Origin: Fistulifera solaris
Taxonomy: Eukaryota
Direction of reading: 5' to 3'
Length of the DNA stretch: 64,000 nt
NCBI GenBank assembly: GCA_030295235.1
Contig: AP026132.1
Coordinates: 124,001-188,000 of the forward strand
Below the pieces are notes generated by a model. It ran no database searches. It was not told where the DNA came from and saw only the letters and a list, made by a program, of their open reading frames with translations. Positions 12,271-23,856 of the stretch are shown here, piece by piece (the first letter of the stretch is position 1; the number at the start of each line of letters is the position of its first letter). The position numbers and the translations under genes are program-made.

Positions 12271-15200
12271 TCAGAAGCCACAGCGAAAGCAAAACGGACT
12301 AGGTGGACTCAAAGAAAAGTCGATTTCGCTTGTAGTAGGGCATTGTGTGAGACTGAATACTGTTGACGCATTTACGATTCGTCCCTCCAGTTGATCGGCC
12401 CAGGAGCACAAGTCTTGAGAGAAAAAGCGAGCTCCGCGAAACATTTCATTGAACGATTCGAGACTACCCAAATCCCATGAGGAAAGGTCAATGTTATAAG
12501 CGGACGCTGAAAAGAACATCTGATCCATCTTTCTAACACTTGATACGTCCCAGGAAGAAATATCTGCGTTGAAAGACGATGCCCTTGAAAACATGCCGGT
12601 CATGTCCGTCACGGATGAAACATTCCATGACGATATGTCACCGGTAAAAGAGGTTGCTTGGTTGAACATATTGGCCGTACTTGTGACCGAGGATACATCC
12701 CAACCGGATAAATCCGAATTAAAAGTGGACGCACCCTCGAACATGGATGTTAGGTCAGTGGCTCCCGAAACATCCCATCCTGATAAATCTCCATTGAACG
12801 TCGCCGCAGAGGGAGACCGAGAGAGAGAAAACAGGAAACTGAGGTCTTCAACATTGGAAATGCACCAATCTCCAATGTAAGACCCTCCATTGACACTGTT
12901 ACCAGCAATGAATTGATCCACGGCTAGTATAAGGTCGTCCCTTGAGGAAAAACAGTCGTCGGTTGAATTGGGAGCTAGAGTAGGAGCGATCGTCTCGTTC
13001 AGTGTTGAGTTATCCGTTGGAGCAACAACTGGCGCAGATGTTACGGTCGGCCAAATATCTTGATCGGAAAATGCTGGCCCCACTAAGAAATCTTGGATGT
13101 TATCCTCCGTGAGCTCTGTGCAGTTCGTGGGATCGCCACAGTCAGTCTCGAAACCGACGTATGGGAGATTACTTTCTTGAATTGTGCCAAAGCAAATGGA
13201 ACATGTGCCACAGCTACTACCGTCGTATTCGATCATACACCGAATTGCTAGTCCATTTCGATTGTAAATAGTGGAGAAACAGGCTTCCTCGTACTGCTCC
13301 GAACCGGCCAAATATTTGACACACAATTTCTCAGATAGATCAGAACTTGTCCCTTCGATTGGCTCTCGCGAACTTTGTATCTTAGCGTCCCCTGATATGT
13401 AAACGTTATCTGGCAAGAGGGTCGGAGGTATTGTTTCTACGGGAGCACGTGTCGGTGGATTGGACGTGACATTAGTCACAGTTGGAGTTGTTGTCGAGTT
13501 GCCGACATTGTCGATACTGATGGGAGTGGTGCTCGAGTCGCGTCCCCTCACGATCAATATTATAATGACCACCAAAAGTATGAGTACAAGGCCAATGTAG
13601 CCATAGTGGCTTTTGCCGGGCCAGAAAGAATCTCCCTTAGGACCCTCTTTCCTGTCTGTGAAGTGTTCGTCAGAGTTAGATTTCGTTTTGCTCCACAGCT
13701 GAAATGAATTCAGAAAATCAAAAAAGCGTGGTGTATTTCTGGCGCCGTTATTCTCTCTTTTTGATAAACTTGTGCTTCGACGTCATCATCACTGCTATTA
13801 GATTTACTCCCGAAAGCATCAACGGCATGATCATCCTCAGCAACAACGCGAGCATGCTGCTCATCGAAGTTGCTTTCCTGAAAATTAAATCCATATACAT
13901 TTTCGGAAGCCTTGGCGCTCTCATAACTTGGGCTTTCTGACCTATATCCGTGTGACGATGGATTCCATTCGACATCATGCACGTCTGACATTGGGCCATC
14001 ATTGAACTGATTAGAAAATTCCGTGAATTTATATTGCTCGTGGGAGTCACTAGCACTTCTATCAGAGTTGTCTGCATCACCATCTTCAATCGTACCACGA
14101 CCATCAATCTCGATGGAACTCGCAGCCGATTCACTTTCCGAAAGCTCGCGATGTCTCTCCCTTGTTGAACTTTCATTGTCGTCATCATAGCGAGTATCGT
14201 CTTCGTGACGGTTCGTTTCAAGACTTGGTTCTGAGTAATCTCTGTCTCTGTCTGAATATTTATTATCACTTGGATCCGAGAATTCTTCAGCCGTTCGCCG
14301 TTTCTCGTCAATGGAGAGATTTTCTCCATCGCTGTAATTCTCTGAATAATCTTCATTAATGTCTACGTGCGCTGCCTCGTATTTTCCGTTAGCTGCTGAG
14401 CTCTCCTCATCATCTGTAGTGTCATCCGAATGTTCTTCATTGGCCTCGACTTCAAGTGTCACACGATTCTGGTGTTCTGTTGAACTTTCATCGTCATCAT
14501 TTTCGTCATCACCATATTCCCTTGTATATTTATAGTCGCCGTGCATCAAATCTTTCTCGTCTACATTATGTAAGCTCTCGTCGTCGTAATCACTACTCGG
14601 ATCTTTTTGGTAAGCTTCCACAGTCTCGACATCTTTGCTTGAAATATCTTTAAAAGTTGATCTTTCACCGTCGTAGCTACCACGCTCTCCTCCACTTTCC
14701 TCGTCCGATTCGTCATTGGATACGGAGTAGTCTCTGTTTCCAGCCAAATTACCGGCGTCGTAGATCCCACTTGTACGGTCCTCGGTCTCTTCGTCTCTAT
14801 TCATGGATTCGTCCTCATCGCTACGGCTTGTCGAATCTTCTCCGCTTCTTCTATTCTTTTGTTGATTTAATTCAACCGGATCTTCGTCACCGGTCAAATC
14901 CTCCTCCTCTTCATCGAAATTGCTGTCTTGCTTACCGCCACTCTCACCATCCGCTCCGATTGAGCCTTCATTATGGTTGATACTATCGACATTCTCACCG
15001 CCTCGTGATTCAATTGGTATTGTCTGATCTACACTCTCCGATGAGGATTCGTCGTGAGCTTCCTGCTCTCTCTGTGGTGCCTCCGCACGGTTGTCGTCCT
15101 CTTGAAGACCTATGTCATCATTCGAGCTTTCGTCCTGGTCACTGTTGTCTCTTGAAACAATAGGAATTGACTCACTTTGATCTTCGACTTCATTATCTAT

Positions 15201-15941
15201 GCTTTCTTTTACAGCTGAACTTGGTTGATCCTCATACCGATCGTCGTCAATTGAGCTTTCGTCAGAACTGCCACTCCTGTCGAAAGTAGTTCCTTCATTT
15301 TTACTTTCTGTATGCTGAAGTTCCTGCGCTTGATCATGATCTGCTTCTCCATCGGAGCTTTCATCGTAGTCGCTGCTGCCGTCCTCAGAGTCAGTTTTAT
15401 TTTCCACAGCAGGTGGAGGCAAGATATTCTCATTTTGATCCTCGCCTCCATTTGAGCTTTCGTCTTGATTTACTTCTCCATTCGAGCTTTCGTCGTAGTC
15501 GCTGCTGCCGGAGGAATGCCCCTTATTTTTCACGTTAACTGGTGAACGTCTTTCATCTTCGCCAGAATCATCGTCTCCATACGAACGATCACTGGAGTAG
15601 CTGCCGTCATCTTCCTTTTCCTCAAGCGATCCCCGCTGATCCTCCTCTTCATAGGATCGACTATCGTCTTCTTCTTCGCTGCTACTTCCCGAGTATTTGC
15701 CCCTCCGTTCGATAGGTGACGGCGGATCCTCGTCATCATACGAGCCATCGTCGGACGCACTGCTTCCATCGGAATAATTTCCCTTCCTTTCAATCGGTAA
15801 GGGCTCTTCATCGGAATCCTCGTCGCCGCTACTGCCGTCGGAATAGTGTCCTCTGGAGGCTCGCCGCTCGTCTTCTTCCGATGACGAGCTATGATCGTCG
15901 TCGTCTTCATCACTACTGCTATCGGAATAACCTTGACGCAT
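12271..15941 (-). CDS. Tandem paralogue: acidic N-terminus + TM + Cys-rich domain + DUF285 repeats (frameshift near 13700)
   Basis: ORF 13710-15941 is acidic; ORF 12271-13575 aligns with the 2310-3700 region (SSREPIEGTSSDLSEKLCVKYL vs TSREPIEGAASNLSERLCVQYL; FNGDLSGWDVS repeats). Confidence 0.85.
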
Positions 15942-16147
15942 CTTTCAACCGCTTTGACTAAACGATGGTGTGTCTTTTGATAAAATGCAAGGGAGATTGC
16001 TCGAATGTATGTGAAACAAAAGCGCTTGGTTCTGTTCTCCTTTAGGTAATGAAATGAATTGACAACTTGAATGAGTTCTTTGAAAATTTTCAGGGTGTAT
16101 TTTTGTTCTGTTCCGCCGAAACCGCAAAGACCTATTTTCGAAGTCCG

Positions 16148-16812
16148 CTCATGACTGAAAATCAGCCACGGTCAAAACGGACAACACATTGCGGCTATAG
16201 TAAGTTTTGGAAGTTCGCCGTTTTGGAGGATCCTCGACGTAAGACATGAGTAAATGAGGGAATCACTAAACATTAACCTAAAACACAAATTTACCTAAGC
16301 TAGGCACTTGTATCTGATCGTTAGAGCCAAAATAATAAAGGTAAAAGACAAAAAAATCAGATTGCCCATGGAGACCGGGACATTTAACCAAAGGAAAAAG
16401 GTCTCCGCGCTTATTTTGTTCCCGTCTTGATCCCATCTACTGAGGTTGTAGTCAACAAGTGCCTCTTGCAGCATCTGCACAACACGCCACGATTGTTTAC
16501 GTCGGAAATCATTTGACATTGTCCGCTTCTGTATTCACTATAGACACAGAGTGTTGGTTTACAGGGTTCACGACTGCATTTCAGTCCTGAATTGAAATTG
16601 CGTCAAGTCCGTAAATGACCACTGTCTTCCGTCTAACGTGCTAAATCGTGAACCCACAGGCCTCAATACTAATAAAAATATCTCGTGCACCATTTTCAAG
16701 ACGCAAATTGCTAGTCACGTCGCAAATACTTGCGAACCGACGTCTTTTAGTTTTTGACAATGGTTTAAAGTGTATGCGACCTTTTACCATGACTGGATTT
16801 CAGTCACGAACC
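16148..16812. repeat. Three degenerate copies of the conserved box: 16148-16245 (+), 16531-16590 (-), 16751-16810 (-)
   Basis: + tcatgactgaaaatcagccacgg..aacacattgcggctatagtaa..cgacgtaa; rc tcaggactgaaatgcagtcgtga..aacactctgtgtctatagtgaa; rc ttcgtgactgaaatccagtcatgg..tacactttaaaccattgtcaa; the minus copies are ~220 bp apart. Confidence 0.75.
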
Positions 16813-17246
16813 AATAGAATTTGAAATTTGAGGGGACGAAAAGTGGCACTTCATCTTGAGTTTATTACTCTACAGCAACTCGAAACACCAATAACACTTA
16901 GAAGGTAACATTGAAATGCCACCTTTTCCTTTCTAGCCTACTTCGGTAGCGCCACAAATTCCGCAATCAAAGAACGAATGAATACCAGGTACACCATTAA
17001 TAATTGGTCGCACCAACACCCGTGAAGAAGGCGGACGACCGACAAACGCGCGATTCTCGTCGCTTTTTTTCTTTTCGTCTCTTTCGCTCGTCCTCTCTCG
17101 AAAAGCAACCAAGCGGACGAGATGATGACGATGAACAACTAGTTACTAAACAATAGATTCATTTTCCTTCATTATTTTTACTCACAATCTACGCTTACTT
17201 GTCTGCGGCACAAACATAATCCTTTCTACACTTTAGCAATTCAAAA

Positions 17247-17636
17247 ATGGCGTGTTCCGCAGCATTATTTCAACTATCTCGACGAATGGGAAGGATGAGT
17301 TCTCTGCACTCGTTACGGTCGTTCCCCAAACGATCGTTCGTAAGTGACCATGACGATATTGACAAAAGTCTCTTTACGGAAGAAATCAAAATTAAAATGC
17401 CCGACATGGGAGAAGGAGAAGGAAAGATTTTGGAGTGGTACAAAGAAGAAGGAGATGTAGTGAAGCGCGGAGACGTTCTTTGTGACATTGAAACTGCAGA
17501 TTTCACGTTCGGAATGGAGACGGATGACGAGCAATTGGGAATTATGGGATCCATATTAGTTCCAGCGCCTTCGGAAATGATACCCGATGGAAAAACAATT
17601 TGTATCGTTCTGCACAAACCAAATCATCGCGATTGA
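17247..17636 (+). CDS. Stand-alone lipoyl/biotinyl-like domain protein with probable mitochondrial presequence
   Basis: IKMPDMGEGEGKILEWYKEEGDVVKRGDVLCDIET resembles 2-oxoacid dehydrogenase E2 lipoyl domains; R/S-rich N-terminus. Confidence 0.85.
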   Translation: MACSAALFQLSRRMGRMSSLHSLRSFPKRSFVSDHDDIDKSLFTEEIKIKMPDMGEGEGKILEWYKEEGDVVKRGDVLCDIETADFTFGMETDDEQLGIMGSILVPAPSEMIPDGKTICIVLHKPNHRD

Positions 17637-17798
17637 TCGAGAAGTAGAGTTTACGCGTGATGCAATACAATTGAATGAATGCTGAATGATCAAGTTATCG
17701 GGATTGCTAGTTAATTTACTAAAGAAAAATTAGTCAACTCATTTCTTTTTAGAAATAGTAGCTTCAAAAAGAAGAATTAAGCACACAGAGGTATCGTT

Positions 17799-19395
17799 TT
17801 AACAGCTGGGAGCGTTCATGACAGGATCTTGCGGATGATACACAACGTTCTGTTCCGCCGCACTGATTTTCTTCGTCGGCATACTGGTGACTGGTTCATC
17901 CTGTCCATCATTGAGCATTTCTTCACGACGCATCAGACAATACCGCTTTTCGTGACATCCGTACGCGTGAGGTGTCAGTTCAATCACATTGTTCAGCGGA
18001 ATGCTCACATAGGGAGCCTCTTTGCGATCCAAACCCATAAAGTAAGCGTACAAGATGCGCAATATGCCTTGATGACCGACAATGAGAACGGGTTCTCGGG
18101 TTCGTTCCATCTCTTGTGCGAGGGGCTCGAGTCGCAACGTCACGTCCATGTACGATTCACCACGGGGATATCGGTACGTGAGCTTGTCTTCCTGGCGGCG
18201 ATTGAATTCTTCCGGATACACTTGTTCAATGTCTTTGTAGGTCATACCATCACAGACACCGGCATACAATTCGTCCAGATTGCGACGAGCCATGGGTCGG
18301 AATTGCACCCATTCACCCGTATCTCCATTGTCCCATTTATACTTGAATTTCGAATGATCAATGAATTGCGTGGTTTCTTTCGTACGTCGTAATGTACTGG
18401 TCCACAATCGACAAGGTTGCTGTACTTCGCTTTCTTCGCCCGTGTTAGGATCTACCACTTTTCTGACGCCGATATGATCTCTGGCAAAGTCCGCCAACCG
18501 CCGCGCGTATTCTTTCCCTGCTGGAGTTAAACCCGAATCACCTCCGATCTTTCCCAGCAGATTGTATTCCGATTGGCCATGTCGTGTCAAGTAAAATGTT
18601 CTTGTTTGAGTGTGTAGATTCATGATGAAATGCACTACTTTTAGCGGTAAATAACCCCGAATATTGTTGACTGTGCGCAGTCGCAGAACAAAAGATGGCA
18701 ATGAGAACATACGATTTGCAAAAGACAAAAACATTGCATTGCAACGTACCGATAAAACGTTTACTGTTGATAATTTTAATGTGCGGTCCTTCATTTTCCT
18801 CCAATGTCTCGTAGACCGACATGTAATGGTCCCGACGGCGTTTAAAATCCGCGACTGCAGCTTCGGGTTCTAAATCACGATAGTCGGGTGTATTGAGCTT
18901 GACGCGACGAATGTTTTCTTCCAGTAGCTTTGAAAGAAAAAGTGAAAGCAAAGGAAAATGTGTGTGAGGAGAACAATTCAATAGAAAAGGCACAAAACGG
19001 CTTCTTTCAACACTTCTTTCTCTTTGAATACTTACTTGTTCATTGTCACAAAGACTTTCAAGAAAGATAATTTTGGCACCAATGCCACTCGATTTGAGCG
19101 ACTGCATGAGATATTCCCGACGTTCTTTAGTGCCGTTGGTGGCATCAAAAGCCGCGACACGGACGCCTTCCTGTTTCATGTAGGCAATCAAATCATCTAG
19201 GGCGGCATTGCAAGCCTTGATACGCGATGACGAACCTTCTTCATTGGTGGGATCGTAAAACGAAGCGGGCATGGTGGCCCCAAACAGTTGACGACGATAA
19301 TCGCCCGCATTGAAGATTTGCGACGGAATGTCGTGAAAGAAGGAAAGGAAACGGCAAATACGCTTCGCAATGTGTGTTTTGCCTTTATGAATGAC

Positions 19396-19426
<31 letters not shown>

Positions 19427-19723
19427 GAAATGAGAATTAAATGGGAAGAACAAGCAAAGAAGAAGAGACGAAACTGTCGGAAATTGCATCTTTTCCGTCG
19501 CATTCTGCGTTCTTCACTTACCCGTCGCCGGCAACCCTACCATTAAAATAATGAGCTTATCACTGGCCGTCGTACCAATGACTTCCAAAGGCGTCGCATT
19601 TTCTCCTTCCGGCAAACGATGGGGCATGGGATTGTCAATTCGAACGACGGGAGGAAGCTCTTCGTTGGGACGCACATCTTGCACGGCCGAAGACGCCGGG
19701 ACGGCGGACATGGGCATTTGCAT
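17799..19723 (-). CDS. PFKFB: 6-phosphofructo-2-kinase/fructose-2,6-bisphosphatase, 4 exons
   Basis: P-loop MVGLPATG|KT across intron; FNAGDYRR; FDATN; phosphatase RHGQSEYN, YRYPRGESY, VGHQG; GT-AG introns ~19383-19520, ~18927-19035, ~18671-18749. Confidence 0.95.
19396..19422. repeat. (AAT)n microsatellite in PFKFB intron 1
   Basis: aataataataataataataataataata. Confidence 0.9.
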
Positions 19724-20037
19724 AATTAAAGTGAGATTTTATTTCGCAGAGAATGACGAAACTTAACACAAATGTAACTTTAAGAATATCTAACTCGACT
19801 CGAACGATGAACGACAACTCCGTACCGGTATGTTTTGTTGTTGCTTTGGTTTTTCCTCTTCAACAACGGCACCTGCCATCTTTTCTTGCGCGAAAAACGT
19901 GGCGCGTCAGATCGGTTGGGACAATGGAAGCCCTCGATGACGCTTTGCACTTAACGCGACAGAAGTTGATAGTACAGGATAGTACTTCAAGCCCCTTACT
20001 GCTTGCATACAACGGTTTTCGTTATTCACTGGAACAA

Positions 20038-20452
20038 TTTCATTCATACAGAAAATCTGGGGAGCTCCAGAAATTCTGGACAAGTTAAGTTACATTATTA
20101 CAGAAAAAAATTCTGGGGCAATCCAGAAATTCTGGACCAGTTGTATTTCATTCATACAGAAAATCATCTGGGGCGGTCCAGAAATTCTGGACCAGGTGTA
20201 TTTCATTCATGCAGAAATTTTTGGGCGGTCCAGAAATTCTGGACCAGTTGTATTTCATTCATACAGAAGAGCGGGGGCGGTCCAGAAATTCTGGACCTGT
20301 TGTATTTCATTCTTGCAGAAAATCCGGGGAGGTCCGAAAATTCTGGACCAGATGCATTTCATTCATACAGAAAATAATCATCTGGGCGGTCCAGAAATTC
20401 TGGACCAGTTGTATTTCATTCTTACAGAATATCTGGGGCGGTCCAGAAATTG
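20038..20452. repeat. ~52-bp minisatellite, ~8 units, each with palindrome GGTCCAGAA-A-TTCTGGACC
   Basis: Unit tttcattcatacagaaaatctggggcggtccagaaattctggaccagttgta; palindromes at 20175, 20227, 20279, 20331, 20388, 20440. Confidence 0.95.
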
Positions 20453-20461
20453 CCCATCATC

Positions 20462-21452
20462 AATGCGAAAGATTTTCGGATCCAAGAATCGATACATTGC
20501 GTTTTGAATGATGATGATATTTCGTAACATCACCGTCAATACCAATACAATTGATCATACCCTTAATGCTAGCATTTGTGGACTTCATTGTTGCCGATTC
20601 ATTTATTATCGAATTTCGATCGTGACTCAAGTTCAGTCAAGAATTGCTTGAACTATCACTTTGATCCTATAGTGAATTTGCGGGTGATCGATGCGAAAGC
20701 TTTTCGGATCCAAGAAACGATACATTGCGTTTTGAATGATGATGATATTTCGTAACATCACCGTCAATACCAATACAATTGATCATACACTTAATGCTAG
20801 CATTTGTGGACTTCATTGTTGCCGATTCATTTATTATCGAATTTCGATCGTGACTCAAGTTCAGTCAAGGATTGCTTGAACTATCACTTTGATCCTATAG
20901 TGAATTTGCCGGTGATCGATGCGAAAGCTTTTCAGATCCAAGAAACGATACAATGCGTTTTGAATGATGATGATATTTCGTAACATCACCGTCAATACCA
21001 ATACAATTGATCATACACTTAATGCTAGCATTTGTGGACTTCATTGTTGCCGATTCATTTATTATCGAATTTCGATCGTGACTCAAGTTCAGTCAAGGAT
21101 TGCTTGAACTATCACTTTGATCCTATAGTGAATTTGCCGGTGATCGATGCGAAAGCTTTTCAGATCCAAGAAACGATACAATGCGTTTTGAATGATGATG
21201 ATATTTCGTAACATCACCGTCAATACCAATACAATTGATCATACCCTTAATGCTAGCATTTGTGAACTTAATTGTTGCCGATTCATTTAGTTTCGTGTTT
21301 CGATCGTGACTCAAGTTCAGTCAAGAATTGCTTGAACCATCACTTTATTCCTATAGTGAATTTTCCGGTGATCGATACGAAAGCTTTTCGGATCCAAGAA
21401 ACGACACATTGCGTTTTGAATGATGATGATATTATTTCGTAGCATCACCGTG
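20462..21452. repeat. 228-bp tandem satellite, ~4.3 near-identical units
   Basis: Units begin ~20463, 20691, 20919, 21147, 21375; ORF track repeats at exact 228-bp spacing. Confidence 0.97.
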
Positions 21453-21774
21453 AGGACCGTACCGCGGTTTCGTACCGTAGGGCTTCGTACATTTTTGACG
21501 TACGAAACTTTTTCTACGAAGCAACTTCCTAACGGAAATCGCCTTTTTCGTAGATTTCGTACGATTCACGAGAATTCGGGTCTCATGATCAGAAGCGTAT
21601 CACCATGATAATTTTCATTGCAAAGCAGTCGCTATGAAACAAAGAAAACTTATTTATTTAGCATTGTTCAACATAATTCGGACCGCGATAATATCAAGGG
21701 ATGTTCTTTGCGCATTGAAATTTGCTTTACCAGGTAATATGCGACGGAGACGACGACGACCGCATTTGCTTCTT

Positions 21775-21990
21775 TCTGGGACGGCCTGGGAATTTTGGAC
21801 CAGATGTATTTCATTATTCATAAAGAAAACGTGGGGTGGTCCAGAATGACTAGTTGTAATTCATTCTTTTTTAAAGAAAATCATCTGGGGAGGTCCAGAA
21901 ATTCTGGACCAGTTGTACTTTATTCATACAGAAAATCTGGGGCGGTCCTGAAATCTTGGACTAAATGCATTATTTCATTCTTACAGAAAA
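21775..21990. repeat. Second, more degenerate block (~4 units) of the 52-bp palindromic minisatellite
   Basis: ggtccagaaattctggaccagttgta at 21892; tttcattcttacagaaaa; same orientation as the first block. Confidence 0.9.
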
Positions 21991-22107
21991 CAGTCCCGGA
22001 AAAGGTGGAACACCCGAAATAGACTATTGAAAGCAGCAATGTTTGCCACAGAATTCTAGCACAGTACAAATCGTCTAGGTAGTTGTTCCCAAACCAGCAC
22101 TAAACAT

Positions 22108-23475
22108 TCAAAATGACACCATGATTGAGAAGAAGCAAGCACATTGGAACGCATTCATCGTTAAATAGCTCAGAAAGGATATACTAGCTAGATTGTTACG
22201 CTTTCTCTTTACAAGGAACACAAAAGGACCCTGGATGGTCGCCGACATGTCCGGATCCCTTGGATCCAGACACGGAGTCAAATGAAACATATGCGTCACA
22301 TTGGCTTTTCGAGGAAGCGATTGACGCCAAGCACACAAATCCCGTTGCAATGCCGATTTTTCAAACATGTGCGGCGCCCGAATCAAATTGACCACGGACC
22401 ATTGGGACAAATCTTGGTCAAACCGTTTTGCTTCTTGAAACATACTGCTCATATCGTGCACCAAAGAGACTCGCCATTCGCCGATACTTCTATTGAATTG
22501 ATGCGCATGACGAAACATGGAATGCATCGTGCGGACATTGGAAACATCCCACGTGGATACATTCCCATTGAACTTTGTGGCCGAAAAGAACATATGTTGC
22601 ATATTGGTCACCTTCGAGGTCTTCCATGCCGACAAATCTTGATCGAACGCGTACGCTTGGGAAAACGTCAAGGACATGCGCGTCACGCGTTCCGTATTCC
22701 AAGCCGATATATTTTGCTGAAACACCAAGGCACCGGCAAACATGCGATCCATGGTCGTGAGTGCCGACGTATCCCAATCGGCGATGGAACCATTGAACCG
22801 GTGCGCGCCTTGGAAGAGACTGGACATGTCGGTGACACGCGATGTATTCCACGACGACAAGTCTTGATCAAAGACTTGGGCTCCTTGAAACATTTTACGG
22901 AACGTGGTGGCGTGACTGACATCCCACGACGACAAATCGGCATTGAAGGACCGGGCATTGGGATTGCGGTCGACCGAGAAGATTGCCGTGAAATTCGTGA
23001 CGGCCGATACATTCCATGTCCCAATTGGCCAGCCGTACACTTGTGAGACAGTATGAGACGGATGACCTCGCACCAGATATTCGTCTACGGCTGCTTGCAG
23101 TTCTTCCGTAGAAGAAAAGGGGTGAAATGAGGTTTTCTGTGTTTGTGATGACCGATCGAGTGGGCTTGTACCGGGCGCAACTGCGTCACGTGGTGTTAGA
23201 GAAGAATGTTCTAAAGGAACAGAATTGCCGACGTAATAGTTTTGCATCATGCCGAATAAATGGGTCTGGAAATACCACGACAAGTATATACCGGACAAAG
23301 TTCCTAAAATATGACCCAAAAGTTCCGCTCTTCTTATTATTTGTTTCTTTTTTTCCGTTTCGCCGTTGACGACGCTTCGAAGATGTTGTAACTGCGCCTT
23401 CCAGGCTCGGACCTGCAATTGGTTGACGCGACGCACCAAGTCATCGTCTGTGGATTGTTGTGTATTTCCTCGCAT
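22108..23475 (-). CDS. DUF285/BspA-like repeat membrane protein
   Basis: About 8-9 25-aa repeats (FNADLSSWDVSHATTFRKMF, FDQDLSSWNTSRVTDMSSLF); ELQAAVDEYL..YGWPIGTWNVS cap; N-terminal hydrophobic segment. Confidence 0.9.
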   Translation of the reverse strand: MRGNTQQSTDDDLVRRVNQLQVRAWKAQLQHLRSVVNGETEKKKQIIRRAELLGHILGTLSGIYLSWYFQTHLFGMMQNYYVGNSVPLEHSSLTPRDAVAPGTSPLDRSSQTQKTSFHPFSSTEELQAAVDEYLVRGHPSHTVSQVYGWPIGTWNVSAVTNFTAIFSVDRNPNARSFNADLSSWDVSHATTFRKMFQGAQVFDQDLSSWNTSRVTDMSSLFQGAHRFNGSIADWDTSALTTMDRMFAGALVFQQNISAWNTERVTRMSLTFSQAYAFDQDLSAWKTSKVTNMQHMFFSATKFNGNVSTWDVSNVRTMHSMFRHAHQFNRSIGEWRVSLVHDMSSMFQEAKRFDQDLSQWSVVNLIRAPHMFEKSALQRDLCAWRQSLPRKANVTHMFHLTPCLDPRDPDMSATIQGPFVFLVKRKRNNLASISFLSYLTMNAFQCACFFSIMVSF

Positions 23476-23856
23476 GGCATTGAAAGATAACTAGTTGAAA
23501 GCAAGACTATTATCATTAGTCTAATTGCCTTGCGCTTTTGCGTCTCGACAAAACAACTTTTTACATCCGGAGATCCCAAACAATAGCCAATAGCTCGTCT
23601 TACAGAATTTCCGTAAGTTTAAAAATAATGCTCAGATTTTCTGTTCGCAGAAAGACACATCACAAAGAATTTCCGTGTGACTCGAACTGTTGCTGTTGTC
23701 TTGAACGTGATTGTCTTCCAATGAGTGCCCAACTGCTGGCTAGCACCTTATGAGGCGGAGAAGTGAATGTACAATAGGTGAATCATCATCTTATTCATTA
23801 CTAGACTAGCAAAAGTAAAATGTTAGTGAGAAGACAATCTTCACCGAACTTATGAC

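Noticed and set aside
2425..15961. Many plus-strand ORFs rich in Ile/Val/Ser/His
   Set aside because: Antisense shadows of the acidic and DUF285 coding sequences
20038..20452. CRISPR array (palindromic repeats at regular spacing)
   Set aside because: The intervening sequences are themselves repeats, not unique spacers; eukaryotic context; no cas genes
20003..21314. ORFs within the minisatellite and 228-bp satellite
   Set aside because: Open in several frames or repeated per unit, mostly non-ATG starts; by-products of repetition
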